A DNA stretch of 64,000 nt from Devosia sp. (GTDB taxonomy: Bacteria; Pseudomonadota; Alphaproteobacteria; Rhizobiales; Devosiaceae): contig NZ_DASZAW010000043.1 of the NCBI RefSeq assembly GCF_035944845.1, positions 3,232 to 67,231 of the forward strand, in the 5' to 3' direction. Each line of letters starts with the position of its first letter. Position 1 is the stretch's first letter. The notes below the pieces were generated by a model that saw only the letters and a program-made list of their open reading frames with translations, was not told where the DNA came from and ran no database searches. Both the position numbers and the translations under genes were made by a program. Positions 53,781-62,981 of this stretch are shown here, piece by piece.

Positions 53781-55037
53781 GTGACTACAGTACCAGTCTG
53801 CCTCGTCGGATGCGGCGGCATGGGGAGCCGGCATGTGCAGGGCTTTGCCCGGCTGCAGCGCTCGGGCCTCTCCAACGTCCGGCTCGTCGCGGTGTGCGAC
53901 GTGCGGCAGGATAATGCCGAGCGGGTGGCCGGCGAAGCCGAAAAGCTGCTCGGCTACCGGCCGAAGATCCTCCTCGCGATCGACGATGCGGTGGCCGACC
54001 CGGAGATCGCGGCGTTCGACGTGGTGACCGAGGCGTTCAGCCATCTGAGCGTGGTGCTGCCGGCGCTGCGGGCCGGCAAGCACGTGCTGTGCGAGAAGCC
54101 GCTGGCGCTGACGGTGCGCTCCTGCCAGGCGCTGATCGATGCGGCCAAGGATGGCGGCGCGGTGCTGGCGACGGCGGAGAATTATCGCCGCGATCCGACC
54201 AACCGGCTGGCCAAGGCGGTGATCGATTCCGGCGTGCTTGGCCCGATCCACCTGATGGTGCAAACGATGATCGGCGGCAGCGACCGGATCATCATCACGC
54301 CGTGGCGGCACTTCAAGGACAAGGGCGCCATCGGGCTCGACATGGGCGCGCACCTCACCGACATCGTGCAGTATTATTTCGGGCCGTTCCACGCGGCCTT
54401 CGGCAAAGGCTTCATCGCCGAGCCGATCCGGCGCCGGCAGGAAAAGCCGGAGATGCAGACCGAAGCCTACCTGAAGCGCTTCCTCGAAATCCCCGCCGAG
54501 ATCACGGCTACCGGCGAGGACTCGTTCGCCGCGACCTTCACCATGCAGTCGGGCCTGATGGTGCAGATGGCCTTCGTCGCCTCGGGGCCGGGCAAGGGTT
54601 ACAACCAGCGCACCGTGCACGGGCAGCACGGCTCGCTCGAGATCTTCAACGATCGCACCGGCAAGGCGCCGATCCTCCACACGGCGGAGGGTGACCTCAC
54701 CGGACAGGCGCTGGCCGACAAGGTCGGTTTCGCCCTCGATGAGCTGACCCAGAAGCTCTATGGCGGGGTGTCCTACGACCTCGATTGGGCCGAAACGGAC
54801 TCAGGCCTGCTCGCCATCGAGATTCACGATTTCGCCGCCGCCATCATGGAGGGCCGCCCGCCCGAAGTGGACGGCGAGGGCGGTCTCACCGCCGTCGCTT
54901 CGGTGCTTGCGGCCTATGAAAGCGGCATTGCCGGCCGCGCCGTGAGCATGGACGAGGTGCTGTCGAGCGCGATCTCGACGTATCAGGATGAGATCGACGC
55001 CGATCTCGGGCTGTTGCCCAAGTCGAACGCGGCCTGA
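53781..55037 (+). CDS. Gfo/Idh/MocA family oxidoreductase
   Basis: GTG start. Rossmann motif VCLVGCGGMGSRHVQG and catalytic-region motif VLCEKPLA. Confidence 0.88.
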   Translation: MTTVPVCLVGCGGMGSRHVQGFARLQRSGLSNVRLVAVCDVRQDNAERVAGEAEKLLGYRPKILLAIDDAVADPEIAAFDVVTEAFSHLSVVLPALRAGKHVLCEKPLALTVRSCQALIDAAKDGGAVLATAENYRRDPTNRLAKAVIDSGVLGPIHLMVQTMIGGSDRIIITPWRHFKDKGAIGLDMGAHLTDIVQYYFGPFHAAFGKGFIAEPIRRRQEKPEMQTEAYLKRFLEIPAEITATGEDSFAATFTMQSGLMVQMAFVASGPGKGYNQRTVHGQHGSLEIFNDRTGKAPILHTAEGDLTGQALADKVGFALDELTQKLYGGVSYDLDWAETDSGLLAIEIHDFAAAIMEGRPPEVDGEGGLTAVASVLAAYESGIAGRAVSMDEVLSSAISTYQDEIDADLGLLPKSNAA

Positions 55038-55048
55038 GGGAGGATACC

Positions 55049-55588
55049 ATGACCGATGCAGCTTTCGCCGCCATCCCGCTGATCGTCCAGAAGCTCGGCC
55101 CCAAGCAGATCGCCTTCGTGGTTCGCGACCTCGAGGCGGCGACAAGGCAGTGGTGGGACCTGTTGCGCATCGGACCCTGGACCGCGTGGGAATATACGCC
55201 TGAGATCCTCAAGGACATGACCTACAAGGGGGCGCCGGCCCGGTTCGGGCTGAAGCACGCACTCGCCTGGAAGGATGGCGTGCAGTTCGAGCTGGTCGAA
55301 CCGACCACCGGCCCATCGTTCTTTGCCGATCAGCTCCAGAGCTCTGGCGAAGGCCTCAACCACATCGGTATCCACGTGACGGAGAACCATGCCGAGGCGG
55401 TGGCCGAGCTCGAAGCCGCCGGCTTCACCCGGCTGCAATCCGCCCGGGGTTTCGGCGGCGATGGCAGCGGCGCCTTCGTCTATTTCACCTCCCCAAAGCT
55501 CAACGGCCTCGTGCTCGAGCTGATCAGCCCGCCGGCAACCCGCCGCGAGCCGCTTTTCGTCTACCCCCTGCCTGAGGAAGCAAAGTGA
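55049..55588 (+). CDS. VOC (glyoxalase/bleomycin resistance/dioxygenase) family protein
   Basis: QIAFVVRDLEAA ... LNHIGIHV ... paired beta-alpha-beta-beta-beta modules. Confidence 0.8.
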   Translation: MTDAAFAAIPLIVQKLGPKQIAFVVRDLEAATRQWWDLLRIGPWTAWEYTPEILKDMTYKGAPARFGLKHALAWKDGVQFELVEPTTGPSFFADQLQSSGEGLNHIGIHVTENHAEAVAELEAAGFTRLQSARGFGGDGSGAFVYFTSPKLNGLVLELISPPATRREPLFVYPLPEEAK

Positions 55589-55600
55589 AGAGCCACCGAA

Positions 55601-55775
55601 CTCTCAGTGGTCCTCCACCGCGCAGCGGGGGAGGGGATGAAGCCAGAGGCTTCACCCCGGGGGGACCGCCAAAGGCGGTGGAGGGGGCGGCAGGAGGCGC
55701 CGGTGTTTGTGGTCGCCCCCTCCACCAGCTTCGCTGGTCCCCCTCCCCCGTTTCACGGTGGAGGACCACCGAGAA
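55601..55775. repeat. Family B element, copy B4 (carries an extra 24-nt insert at 55637-55660)
   Basis: Read directly. Inserted exactly at the VOC/enolase gene junction. Confidence 0.9.
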
Positions 55776-55823
55776 CCCTGTGCACGATAACCGTGTGACC
55801 TATCCAATGCCTGAGGAAGTAAA

Positions 55824-56948
55824 GTGAAGATCGAGCGTATCGATACCTACGTCGCGCATAACTGGATGTTCGTCGAAGTGACGACGGATACCGGGCTCAA
55901 AGGCGTGGGCGAATCCACCTTCTTCGGTTTCCCCGAGGCGACCGCCTCGGTGGCCAAGGGCTTTGGCGAGCGGTTGGTCGGCGAAGATCCGTTCCGCATC
56001 GAATACCACAATCTCAGCCTCTATCGCGCTTACTCGATGCGCGGCATGGCGATCGGCGGCGCGATTTCCGCCATCGACCAGGCGCTGTGGGACTTGAAGG
56101 GCAAGCACTACCAGGCCCCGGTCTGGGAGCTGCTCGGCGGCCGGGTGCGCGACAAGGTGCGCGCCATGCTGGTGATCCCCTATGGCACGGCCGAGGGCGT
56201 AGCGGCGAGCTGCAAGGCGGCAGTCGAGGACGGCTATACCGCGCTCAAGGTGATGGTCTACCAGCCCGAGCACCACCTGATGGCGTTCGGCGCCAAGGTG
56301 AAGGACATGGTCGAGCGCATGGCGCTGATCCGCGAAGTGGTGGGCTGGGATGTCGAGATCGGCATCGAGCTGCATCGCAACATGGCGCTGGGCGAATCCA
56401 TCGCGGCGATCCGCGAGTTCGAGCAGTTCCGGCCGCTGTTCGTCGAAGACCCGATTCCGCCCGACAGCGTCCTGAGCTTCGGCGAGGTATCGCAGAAATC
56501 GCGCCTGCCGATGGCGGCGGGCGAGCGCAACACCTCGATCTGGGAATTCCGCGAGTATGTCGAGCATGGCGGGGTGCACCATATCCGCCCCGATGTCGGC
56601 ATTGCCGGTGGCATAACCGGCACGCGCAAGATCTGCGCGCTGGCCGAGGCACATCACCAGGGCATCATCCCGCATGCCGTGCCGTCCGGCCCGGTGGCGA
56701 CCGCGGCACAGGTGCAACTCGGCTTTGCCGTGCCCAACTGGGAAGTGACCGAGCACATGCTGCAGGACCGCGCGCCCTGGACCAAGGCGGTGAAGGCGAT
56801 CGTCCCTGTCATCAACGGCCACTGGCTGCCCAACGAGACTCCGGGTCTCGGGGTCGAACTCGACCATGAAGGGCTGAAGAGCATTCCCGTCATCAACAAG
56901 GTGCCGCCGACTTCGCTGAAGACCGACGGCTCGGTGGCATTCCGGTAG
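55824..56948 (+). CDS. Enolase-superfamily acid-sugar dehydratase (D-galactonate dehydratase-like subgroup)
   Basis: AIDQALWDLKGK...PVWELLGG, metal ligands in IELHRN / LFVEDP / AAGER, HHIRPDV. GTG start at 55824. Confidence 0.88.
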   Translation: MKIERIDTYVAHNWMFVEVTTDTGLKGVGESTFFGFPEATASVAKGFGERLVGEDPFRIEYHNLSLYRAYSMRGMAIGGAISAIDQALWDLKGKHYQAPVWELLGGRVRDKVRAMLVIPYGTAEGVAASCKAAVEDGYTALKVMVYQPEHHLMAFGAKVKDMVERMALIREVVGWDVEIGIELHRNMALGESIAAIREFEQFRPLFVEDPIPPDSVLSFGEVSQKSRLPMAAGERNTSIWEFREYVEHGGVHHIRPDVGIAGGITGTRKICALAEAHHQGIIPHAVPSGPVATAAQVQLGFAVPNWEVTEHMLQDRAPWTKAVKAIVPVINGHWLPNETPGLGVELDHEGLKSIPVINKVPPTSLKTDGSVAFR

Positions 56949-56954
56949 GCGCCC

Positions 56955-57809
56955 GTGATCGTCGACAGCCACACTCACGCCTGGGCGCGCTGGCCATACG
57001 AGCCCGAGGTCCCCGACGAGGCGACCAAGGGGTCGGTCGAGCACCTGATCCACGAGATGGACCAGCACGGCGTCGCCGAGGCGGTGATCGTCTCGGCGCG
57101 GATCGAGAAGAACCCCGACAACAACGCCTATGGGGCGGCGGCGGTGCGCCGCTACCCCACGCGGTTGCACCAGTTCGCCGATGTCGATTGCGTGTGGTCG
57201 CCGGAGTATCACACGCCGGGTGCGGTCGAGCGGCTGCGGGGGGCTGCCGATACCTTGCCCATGAAGGGCTTCACCCACTATGTGGGCGACAATGACGGCT
57301 GGTTCCGTTCCGACGAGGGCCGGGCGTTCTTCAGGCTCGCCGCCGAGCGGAAGCTGATCGCTTCGATCGCCATGGGCCCGGCCTGGGCGGCAGACTTTGG
57401 CGCGATCTGCGCCGAGTATCCCGACCTCGTTGTGATGCTGCACCATATGGGCGGCATCCGTTCCACAGCGCCGCGCTCCGATCTCGAAGCGATCGCAGCG
57501 CTCAGCAAGCACCCCAATGTCCACATCAAGCTGTCCGGCTTCCATTATGCGGTGGGGCTCGAGAACGGCTGGGACTATCCGCACCCGAGCGCCATGTGGA
57601 TCGCCGAGGGGCTCTACGCCGCGTTCGGCGCCCACCGGCTGTGCTGGGGTTCGGACTTTCCGGCGCTCAGTCGCGCCATGACCTACAAGCAGGCGCTCGA
57701 AATCGTGCGGATGCATTGCCGTTTCCTGCAGCCGGGGGATCTCGAGCCGATCCTCGGCGGCACGCTCAAGCGGCTGCTCGATAGTGCCGCGCCAACGAGG
57801 ACCAGCTGA
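56955..57809 (+). CDS. Amidohydrolase_2 (cog3618) family protein
   Basis: GTG start; IVDSHTHAW metal motif, MLHHMGG, GSDFP. Confidence 0.85.
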   Translation: MIVDSHTHAWARWPYEPEVPDEATKGSVEHLIHEMDQHGVAEAVIVSARIEKNPDNNAYGAAAVRRYPTRLHQFADVDCVWSPEYHTPGAVERLRGAADTLPMKGFTHYVGDNDGWFRSDEGRAFFRLAAERKLIASIAMGPAWAADFGAICAEYPDLVVMLHHMGGIRSTAPRSDLEAIAALSKHPNVHIKLSGFHYAVGLENGWDYPHPSAMWIAEGLYAAFGAHRLCWGSDFPALSRAMTYKQALEIVRMHCRFLQPGDLEPILGGTLKRLLDSAAPTRTS

Positions 57810-59197
57810 TGAACGCGCCCGCGCGCCCCGAAACCATGTTCCGTTCGCTCAACCCGGCCACCGGCGAGCAATTCGGCAGCTATCGCCTGCATGACGGCGC
57901 GGAGGTCGAAGCGGCACTGGAGCGCAGCTTTGTCGCCTGGGGCAGTATCCGTGCCGCCGGCGTGGCAAAGCGCGCGCAACTGCTGCTGGCGCTGGCCGAC
58001 CGGCTCGACGCCAATCTCGAAGCGTTCGCGCGGCTGATGACGCTCGAGATGGGCAAGCCGATCAACGAGGCACGCGGCGAGATCCGGAAGTGCGCCGCAA
58101 CCTGCCGCACCACGGCCGAGCTTGGGCCGGGCTGGCTGGAGCCGCTTGATGTCAAGAGCCCCGCGCGTGCCAGCCGGGTGCGCTATGAGGGGCTCGGCCC
58201 GATCCTCGCGATCATGCCGTGGAACTTCCCGTTCTGGCAGGTGATCCGCTTCTTTGCGCCGGCCTTCCTTGCCGGCAACACCACGGTGGTGAAGCACGCC
58301 GAGAACGTGCCGGCATGTGCCGAGGCGCTGGAGGCGGTGTTTGCCGAGGCCGGCATGCCGGATGGCGTGCTGGTGAACCTGCGCGTCGACCACCCGACGG
58401 TGGCCAAGCTCATCGCCGATGGCCGCATTCGCAGCGTCACCGTGACCGGTAGCGTGCGCGCCGGGCGGACCATTGCCGGGCTCGCCGGTGCGGCGGGGAA
58501 GAAAGCGGTGCTGGAACTTGGCGGCTCGGACCCGTTCATTGTTTTCGCCGATGCCGATTTCAACGCGGCGGTGAAACTGGCGGTGGCGGCGCGGCACAAT
58601 AATTCGGGGCAGAGCTGCGTCTGCGCCAAGCGCTTTCTGGTCGAGCAGTCGATCGCCGCCGATTTCACCGAGGCCTTTGTCGAAGGGACGCGCAAGATTG
58701 CCTATGGCGATCCGCTGGACGAAAAGCACGGGCTCGGCCCGCTGGCGCGCGCCGACCTCCGTTCGGGACTGCAGGATCAACTCGATCGCAGCATTGCCGG
58801 CGGGGCGCGGGTGGCGCTGGCCGGCGGCACGGTCGAGGGGCCGGGGTTCTTCTTCGCCCCGACCGTTTTGACCAATGTCGCCGACGACAACGTCGCGGCG
58901 CGCGAGGAGCTGTTCGGGCCGGTGGCGCCGATCTTCCCGTTCGCCGACGAAGCCGAAGCCATGCGCATCGCCAATGGCACCGAGTTCGGGCTGGCCGCGG
59001 CGGTGTGGACGCGCGACGAGGACCGGGCGCGGCGCATGGAACAGAGCGTCGAAGCGGGCGCGGTGTTCATCAACGACATGGTGCGTTCGGACGCGCATAT
59101 CTCGTTCGGCGGCATCAAGTCCTCCGGCTATGGCCGCGAACTGGGGCAGGTCGGCATCACCGAATTCACCAACGCCAAGACCGTGTGGATTGGCTGA
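57809..59197 (+). CDS. NAD(P)-dependent aldehyde dehydrogenase (succinate-semialdehyde / 2,5-dioxovalerate dehydrogenase-like)
   Basis: ALDH motifs FPFWQ, ELGGSDP, NSGQSCVCAKR, EELFGPV. Confidence 0.92.
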   Translation: MNAPARPETMFRSLNPATGEQFGSYRLHDGAEVEAALERSFVAWGSIRAAGVAKRAQLLLALADRLDANLEAFARLMTLEMGKPINEARGEIRKCAATCRTTAELGPGWLEPLDVKSPARASRVRYEGLGPILAIMPWNFPFWQVIRFFAPAFLAGNTTVVKHAENVPACAEALEAVFAEAGMPDGVLVNLRVDHPTVAKLIADGRIRSVTVTGSVRAGRTIAGLAGAAGKKAVLELGGSDPFIVFADADFNAAVKLAVAARHNNSGQSCVCAKRFLVEQSIAADFTEAFVEGTRKIAYGDPLDEKHGLGPLARADLRSGLQDQLDRSIAGGARVALAGGTVEGPGFFFAPTVLTNVADDNVAAREELFGPVAPIFPFADEAEAMRIANGTEFGLAAAVWTRDEDRARRMEQSVEAGAVFINDMVRSDAHISFGGIKSSGYGRELGQVGITEFTNAKTVWIG

Positions 59198-59209
59198 CGA
59201 GGCATAAGA

Positions 59210-60283
59210 ATGACCATCTACAACCTGCCGCGACCACTGCGCGTCGGCTTTGCCTGCAACGCCGATACCTTCGCGCGGATGGCCGATGCCGAGGCGGTCG
59301 AGGCGCTCCAGAGCCTGGGCAGTTTCGAGCATCACCTGTGCGATGAGCCCTCGAGCTGGGACGAGGCGCCGCCGGAGAATTCCGCGGCGATCGACAAGCT
59401 GGTGGCTTTTGCCGGCAAACTCGATGCACTGCTGGTCTGTCACGGCTCGCCGCGGCTCACCGGCGCCGTTCTCGACCGGCTGCCGAACCTGAAGTTCATC
59501 GCCGAAGTCGAAGGCGACCGCTTCAGCCAGCGTATCGATGTCGAGGCCGCCGCGGCGCGCGGCGTCACCGTGGTCGATACCACCAATGGCTCGTCCTATC
59601 CGGTGGCCGAATGGGCGCTGGCCATGGCGATGATCGGGCTGCGCAATGCCGGGGCGCTGTTCCGTCGGATGATCGAGGGCGAAGTGCTGTTCCAGAAATG
59701 GGCCGAGCGCGTCGCCGACCCGGGCTTCAACGGCGAGCTCACCGGCCGCAGCGTCGGTCTGATCGGCGCCGGCTATATCGGCCGCCGGCTGATCGAGCTG
59801 CTGCAGCCATTCCAGGCCGATATTTACGCCTTCGACCCCTATGCGCCGCGCGTCCTCGCCGACATTTACGACATCACGCTGACTTCGCTGGAGCAGGTGA
59901 TGGACTGCGACGTGGTGATCTCGCTGGTGCCGCTGACCCCGGAGACCAAGGGCATGATCGGCGAGAAGGAATTGAACCTCCTTCGTCCGCGCTCGGTGTT
60001 CGTCAATGTATCGCGCGGGGCGGTGGTCGATCAGGCAGCGCTGATCCGTCGGCTGCTGCGGGGGGACGTGGTTGCTTCGCTCGATGTGTTCGATCCCGAG
60101 CCGCTCGAGGCGGATTCGCCGCTGAGGAAAATGCACAACGTCTTCCTCACCCCGCATATTGCCGGGGTCACGGCGCCGTGCGGGCCGCGCTTCCTGACAC
60201 TCGCCGCCGACGAGATCGCCCGCAAGTTCGCCGGGCATCGCACCCGGCACGACCTGGTGCCGCGCGCCGGAGTGAAATCGTGA
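59210..60283 (+). CDS. D-isomer-specific 2-hydroxyacid dehydrogenase family protein
   Basis: NAD motif VGLIGAGYIGRR; catalytic R/E/H context VSRGAVVD, DVFDPEP, TPHIAGVT. Confidence 0.9.
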   Translation: MTIYNLPRPLRVGFACNADTFARMADAEAVEALQSLGSFEHHLCDEPSSWDEAPPENSAAIDKLVAFAGKLDALLVCHGSPRLTGAVLDRLPNLKFIAEVEGDRFSQRIDVEAAAARGVTVVDTTNGSSYPVAEWALAMAMIGLRNAGALFRRMIEGEVLFQKWAERVADPGFNGELTGRSVGLIGAGYIGRRLIELLQPFQADIYAFDPYAPRVLADIYDITLTSLEQVMDCDVVISLVPLTPETKGMIGEKELNLLRPRSVFVNVSRGAVVDQAALIRRLLRGDVVASLDVFDPEPLEADSPLRKMHNVFLTPHIAGVTAPCGPRFLTLAADEIARKFAGHRTRHDLVPRAGVKS

Positions 60284-61344
60284 TGTCGACCGACCTCGCC
60301 GCCCGCCGCAAGGCGGGGACGCTCAAAATGGGGTACTGCGTGCCGGCCTTTGCCATGCCGAGCCCGGGGCTGTTCCGGGTGCCCAATGTGGCGCGGATCG
60401 AGGATGTCGATGTGCTCGGCAATGCCCGCGAAGCGGAGCGACTGGGTTTTGACTCGCTGTGGGTGTGCGACCACCTGATGCTCGGCCGCGAGCAGGCGGT
60501 GCTCGAGGGCTGGACCACGCTGGCGATGATCGCCGGCGCCACCAGCCGGGCGCAGCTCGGGCTGATCCACCAGGCCAACCTGTTCCGCCCCCCGCAGATC
60601 GCTGCCAAGATGATGTCGACGCTCGACCTGTTGTCGGGTGGCCGCTTCATCCACTTCTTCGAGGCCGGCATGGGCCGCCCCGAGCAGGTCGCCTATGGGC
60701 TCGACTGGGACGACAATCACGATGCACGGGTTGAACGGCTGGAAGAGGCAATCAAGCTGGTCAAGGCGCTCTATGCGTCGGACAAGCCGATCGATTTCAA
60801 CGGCAGGTTCTACCAGCTGAGCGGGGCGCAACTGGCCCCCAAGCCGGTGCAGGCGCATATCCCGGTCTGGCTGGGCGAGGCGTTCGATCCGGTGATCGAG
60901 CTCAGCGGCCGCATCGCCGATGGCTGGAACTCGACGCCGGTGACGCTCACCGAGCTGGCGCGCCGGCTGGCGCTGCTCGATGCATCGCTCGCCAAAGCCG
61001 GCCGTTCGCGCGCCGAGGTGGAGATCAGCTTCGAGACGCAGATCCTCGTCGCGCCGGATCTCACAACGCTGCGCCGCAAGGTGGGAGCGCTGGTCGAGCG
61101 GATGGTCGAGACCAAGTCGGGCGAACCGCAGCCGGAGGTGACCGACTTCGTCGCCGGCCGGGTCGACCGGCTGCCCGAGGCGATGACCGGGCCGTGGATC
61201 ATCGGTACGGCCGAGGATGCAAAGGCGCGGATTATCGAACTCAGGCGGCAGGGGGTCGACCACCTGATGCTGTGGTTCATGGATGCACCGGAGACAGACG
61301 GGATGGGGTATTTCATGGAGGAGGTGGCGCCGGGGTTTCGCTAG
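60283..61344 (+). CDS. LLM-class (luciferase-like) flavin/F420-dependent oxidoreductase
   Basis: GFDSLWVCDHL, TIM-barrel LLM layout, IPVWLGE, ADGWN. The ATG at 60283 shares 1 nt with the upstream TGA. Confidence 0.85.
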   Translation: MSTDLAARRKAGTLKMGYCVPAFAMPSPGLFRVPNVARIEDVDVLGNAREAERLGFDSLWVCDHLMLGREQAVLEGWTTLAMIAGATSRAQLGLIHQANLFRPPQIAAKMMSTLDLLSGGRFIHFFEAGMGRPEQVAYGLDWDDNHDARVERLEEAIKLVKALYASDKPIDFNGRFYQLSGAQLAPKPVQAHIPVWLGEAFDPVIELSGRIADGWNSTPVTLTELARRLALLDASLAKAGRSRAEVEISFETQILVAPDLTTLRRKVGALVERMVETKSGEPQPEVTDFVAGRVDRLPEAMTGPWIIGTAEDAKARIIELRRQGVDHLMLWFMDAPETDGMGYFMEEVAPGFR

Positions 61345-61369
61345 CTCCCAGTGCTGTGTGGATGGGCCA

Positions 61370-61499
61370 GTGCGAAAAGAGCACCCCCCACCCTGTCCCT
61401 CCCCCGCAAGGGGGAGGTGACCAGAACACTGGCGCCGGTGAGAGCGTCTCCCTCCCCCTTGCGGGGAGGGGACAGGGGTGGGGGTGCTCTTCCCGCACC
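61370..61499. repeat. Family C element, copy C3 (near-identical to C1)
   Basis: Read directly. Sits between the LLM stop (61344) and the IclR start (61607). Confidence 0.9.
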
Positions 61500-61606
61500 G
61501 GTTGTGATGGTCCAGCGGCGATCACCGGACCCCGTCCTGAATCGCTTGCACGCTGGTCCCGGCGCTCGCTAATGCCTAAACTCGGGGCAAGGAGAATGGA
61601 TAGCTG

Positions 61607-62389
61607 ATGATCGAAGACACCGAGCAGCGGGGCAAGGCCGTTCCTGCGCTGGTCAGGACCAAGAAGATCCTCGATGCGCTTTCGACCGGCGGCAAGCCCA
61701 AGGGCGTGTCGGAGTTGGCGCGGATGCTGGACCTGCCCAAGAGCACGGTGCACGGGCTTTGTCACACGCTCGTCGATCTCGGCCTGATGATGCGGGTGGG
61801 GCCGTCGCAGTTCGCGGTGGGCCCGCATGTGCTGAGCTGGGCCAACGCTTTCGAAGGCCAGAGCGACCTGACGCAGGAGTTCATGCGCATCGCCGAGGCG
61901 ACCGACCTGATTTCGGAGCAGGCGATCAACCTCTCGATCCTCACCGGCCGGGAAGTGATGTATGTCGCCTGCCGCCGCGGCACCGACCCGCTCGGGGTCA
62001 GCTTCCGGCCCGGCGTACGCCTGCCGGCGCCGTTCACCGCCACCGGCAAGGCAATGATGTCGACGATGCGGCCCGAGGAAGTCGAGGCGCTGTTCGGCGA
62101 CGAGTGGCCGGAGCCGTGGACCAAGCAGAGCGTGCCCGATCTCAAGACGCTGATGCGCGAGCTCGAGGAGACTCGCGAGCGCGGCTATTCGATCGACGAC
62201 GGGCAGTTGCGCGACGCCATGGTGTGCTTCGGCGCCCCGGTGTTCAACGCCAGCGAGGACCATGCGGTGGCCGGCATCGCCATCGGGCTGTTGCGCGGCG
62301 AGGTCAACGACACCTCGCGGGCGCAGGTCAGCCACGCGGTGCGCGCGCTCGCCGACAAGCTCAGCCACCGGCTTGGCGGGAATACGTAA
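61607..62389 (+). CDS. IclR family transcriptional regulator
   Basis: wHTH TKKILDALSTGGKPKGVSELARMLDLPKSTVHGL plus an IclR effector domain. Confidence 0.92.
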   Translation: MIEDTEQRGKAVPALVRTKKILDALSTGGKPKGVSELARMLDLPKSTVHGLCHTLVDLGLMMRVGPSQFAVGPHVLSWANAFEGQSDLTQEFMRIAEATDLISEQAINLSILTGREVMYVACRRGTDPLGVSFRPGVRLPAPFTATGKAMMSTMRPEEVEALFGDEWPEPWTKQSVPDLKTLMRELEETRERGYSIDDGQLRDAMVCFGAPVFNASEDHAVAGIAIGLLRGEVNDTSRAQVSHAVRALADKLSHRLGGNT

Positions 62390-62433
62390 CGACACAGATA
62401 GTGATAGGCGCGTACTCCACCCACCCACGGGCT

Positions 62434-62511
62434 GTCATCCCTGCGAAAGCAGGGACCCATCTCACCGCCCGCGCCAGCGGATAATTGGGTCCCTGCTTTC
62501 GCAGGGATGAC
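62434..62511. repeat. Family A element, copy A7
   Basis: Read directly. Sits between the IclR stop (62389) and the ABM start (62680). Confidence 0.9.
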
Positions 62512-62624
62512 ATCGAGGATGGGGCAGGGCACCTGTGCAGATGCTCCAGCCCTTTTAGGTGACATACGACTGCCGTCTACATTGACATCGTCGCACACGC
62601 CATAGATTGTTCAATACCGAGAAT

Positions 62625-62646
62625 ATCGTTCAGCATATTGAACGAT
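62625..62646 (+). promoter_or_regulatory. Candidate IclR-type operator ATCGTTCAGCATATTGAACGAT
   Basis: 8-bp arms ATCGTTCA/TGAACGAT with a 6-nt spacer. Lies 34 nt upstream of the ABM ATG and downstream of the IclR gene 61607-62389. Confidence 0.55.
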
Positions 62647-62679
62647 TTGACCAGCGGACATTATAGGGAAGGAACCGCA

Positions 62680-62973
62680 ATGATCGTCCTGATCGCCAAG
62701 TACCACACGAAGCCGGGCAACGTGCCGAAGGTGCTGGCCGAACTTACGAAGATGAAGCCGCTGGTGGAAGCCGGTGAACCGGGCTGCAAGTTCTACCAGG
62801 TGTCGAAATCGACCGAGAACGAGAACCTGATCGTGCTCTACGAGCACTATGTCGATGCGGCGGCGCTGGCCGCGCACCGCGAGACGCCGCACTTCAAATC
62901 GATCATCGAGGGGACCGTGATCCCGATGCTCGAGAAGCGCGAGCGCGAGCTCTACGAACTCGCCATTTCCTGA
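62680..62973 (+). CDS. ABM (antibiotic biosynthesis monooxygenase-like) ferredoxin-fold small protein
   Basis: 97 aa. MIVLIAKYHTKPG ... FYQVSKSTENENLIVLYEHY ... HRETPHF. The ATG at 62680 is preceded by AGGGAAGGAA. Confidence 0.82.
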   Translation: MIVLIAKYHTKPGNVPKVLAELTKMKPLVEAGEPGCKFYQVSKSTENENLIVLYEHYVDAAALAAHRETPHFKSIIEGTVIPMLEKRERELYELAIS

Positions 62974-62981
62974 GGCGTGAC

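Noticed and set aside
55800-57716. 638-aa minus-strand ORF
   Set aside because: It is antisense to the enolase-family and amidohydrolase genes, which carry clear catalytic motifs. The ORF has no motifs and a biased composition.
57683-60250. 855-aa minus-strand ORF, the longest on the track
   Set aside because: It is antisense to three well-supported plus-strand genes (ALDH, 2-hydroxyacid dehydrogenase, part of the amidohydrolase). Its composition is Arg/Gly/His/Asp-rich with no recognisable motifs, which is the typical high-GC antisense open frame.
61313-62428. 371-aa minus-strand ORF opposite the IclR gene 61607-62389
   Set aside because: It is an antisense artefact. It contains the translated repeats C3 and A7 at its ends.
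62582-62610. TTGACA at 62582 as the -35 box of a promoter for the ABM-FAH pair
   Set aside because: No convincing -10 hexamer lies at 16-18 nt spacing, so I left it uncalled. The operator-like palindrome downstream is reported separately.
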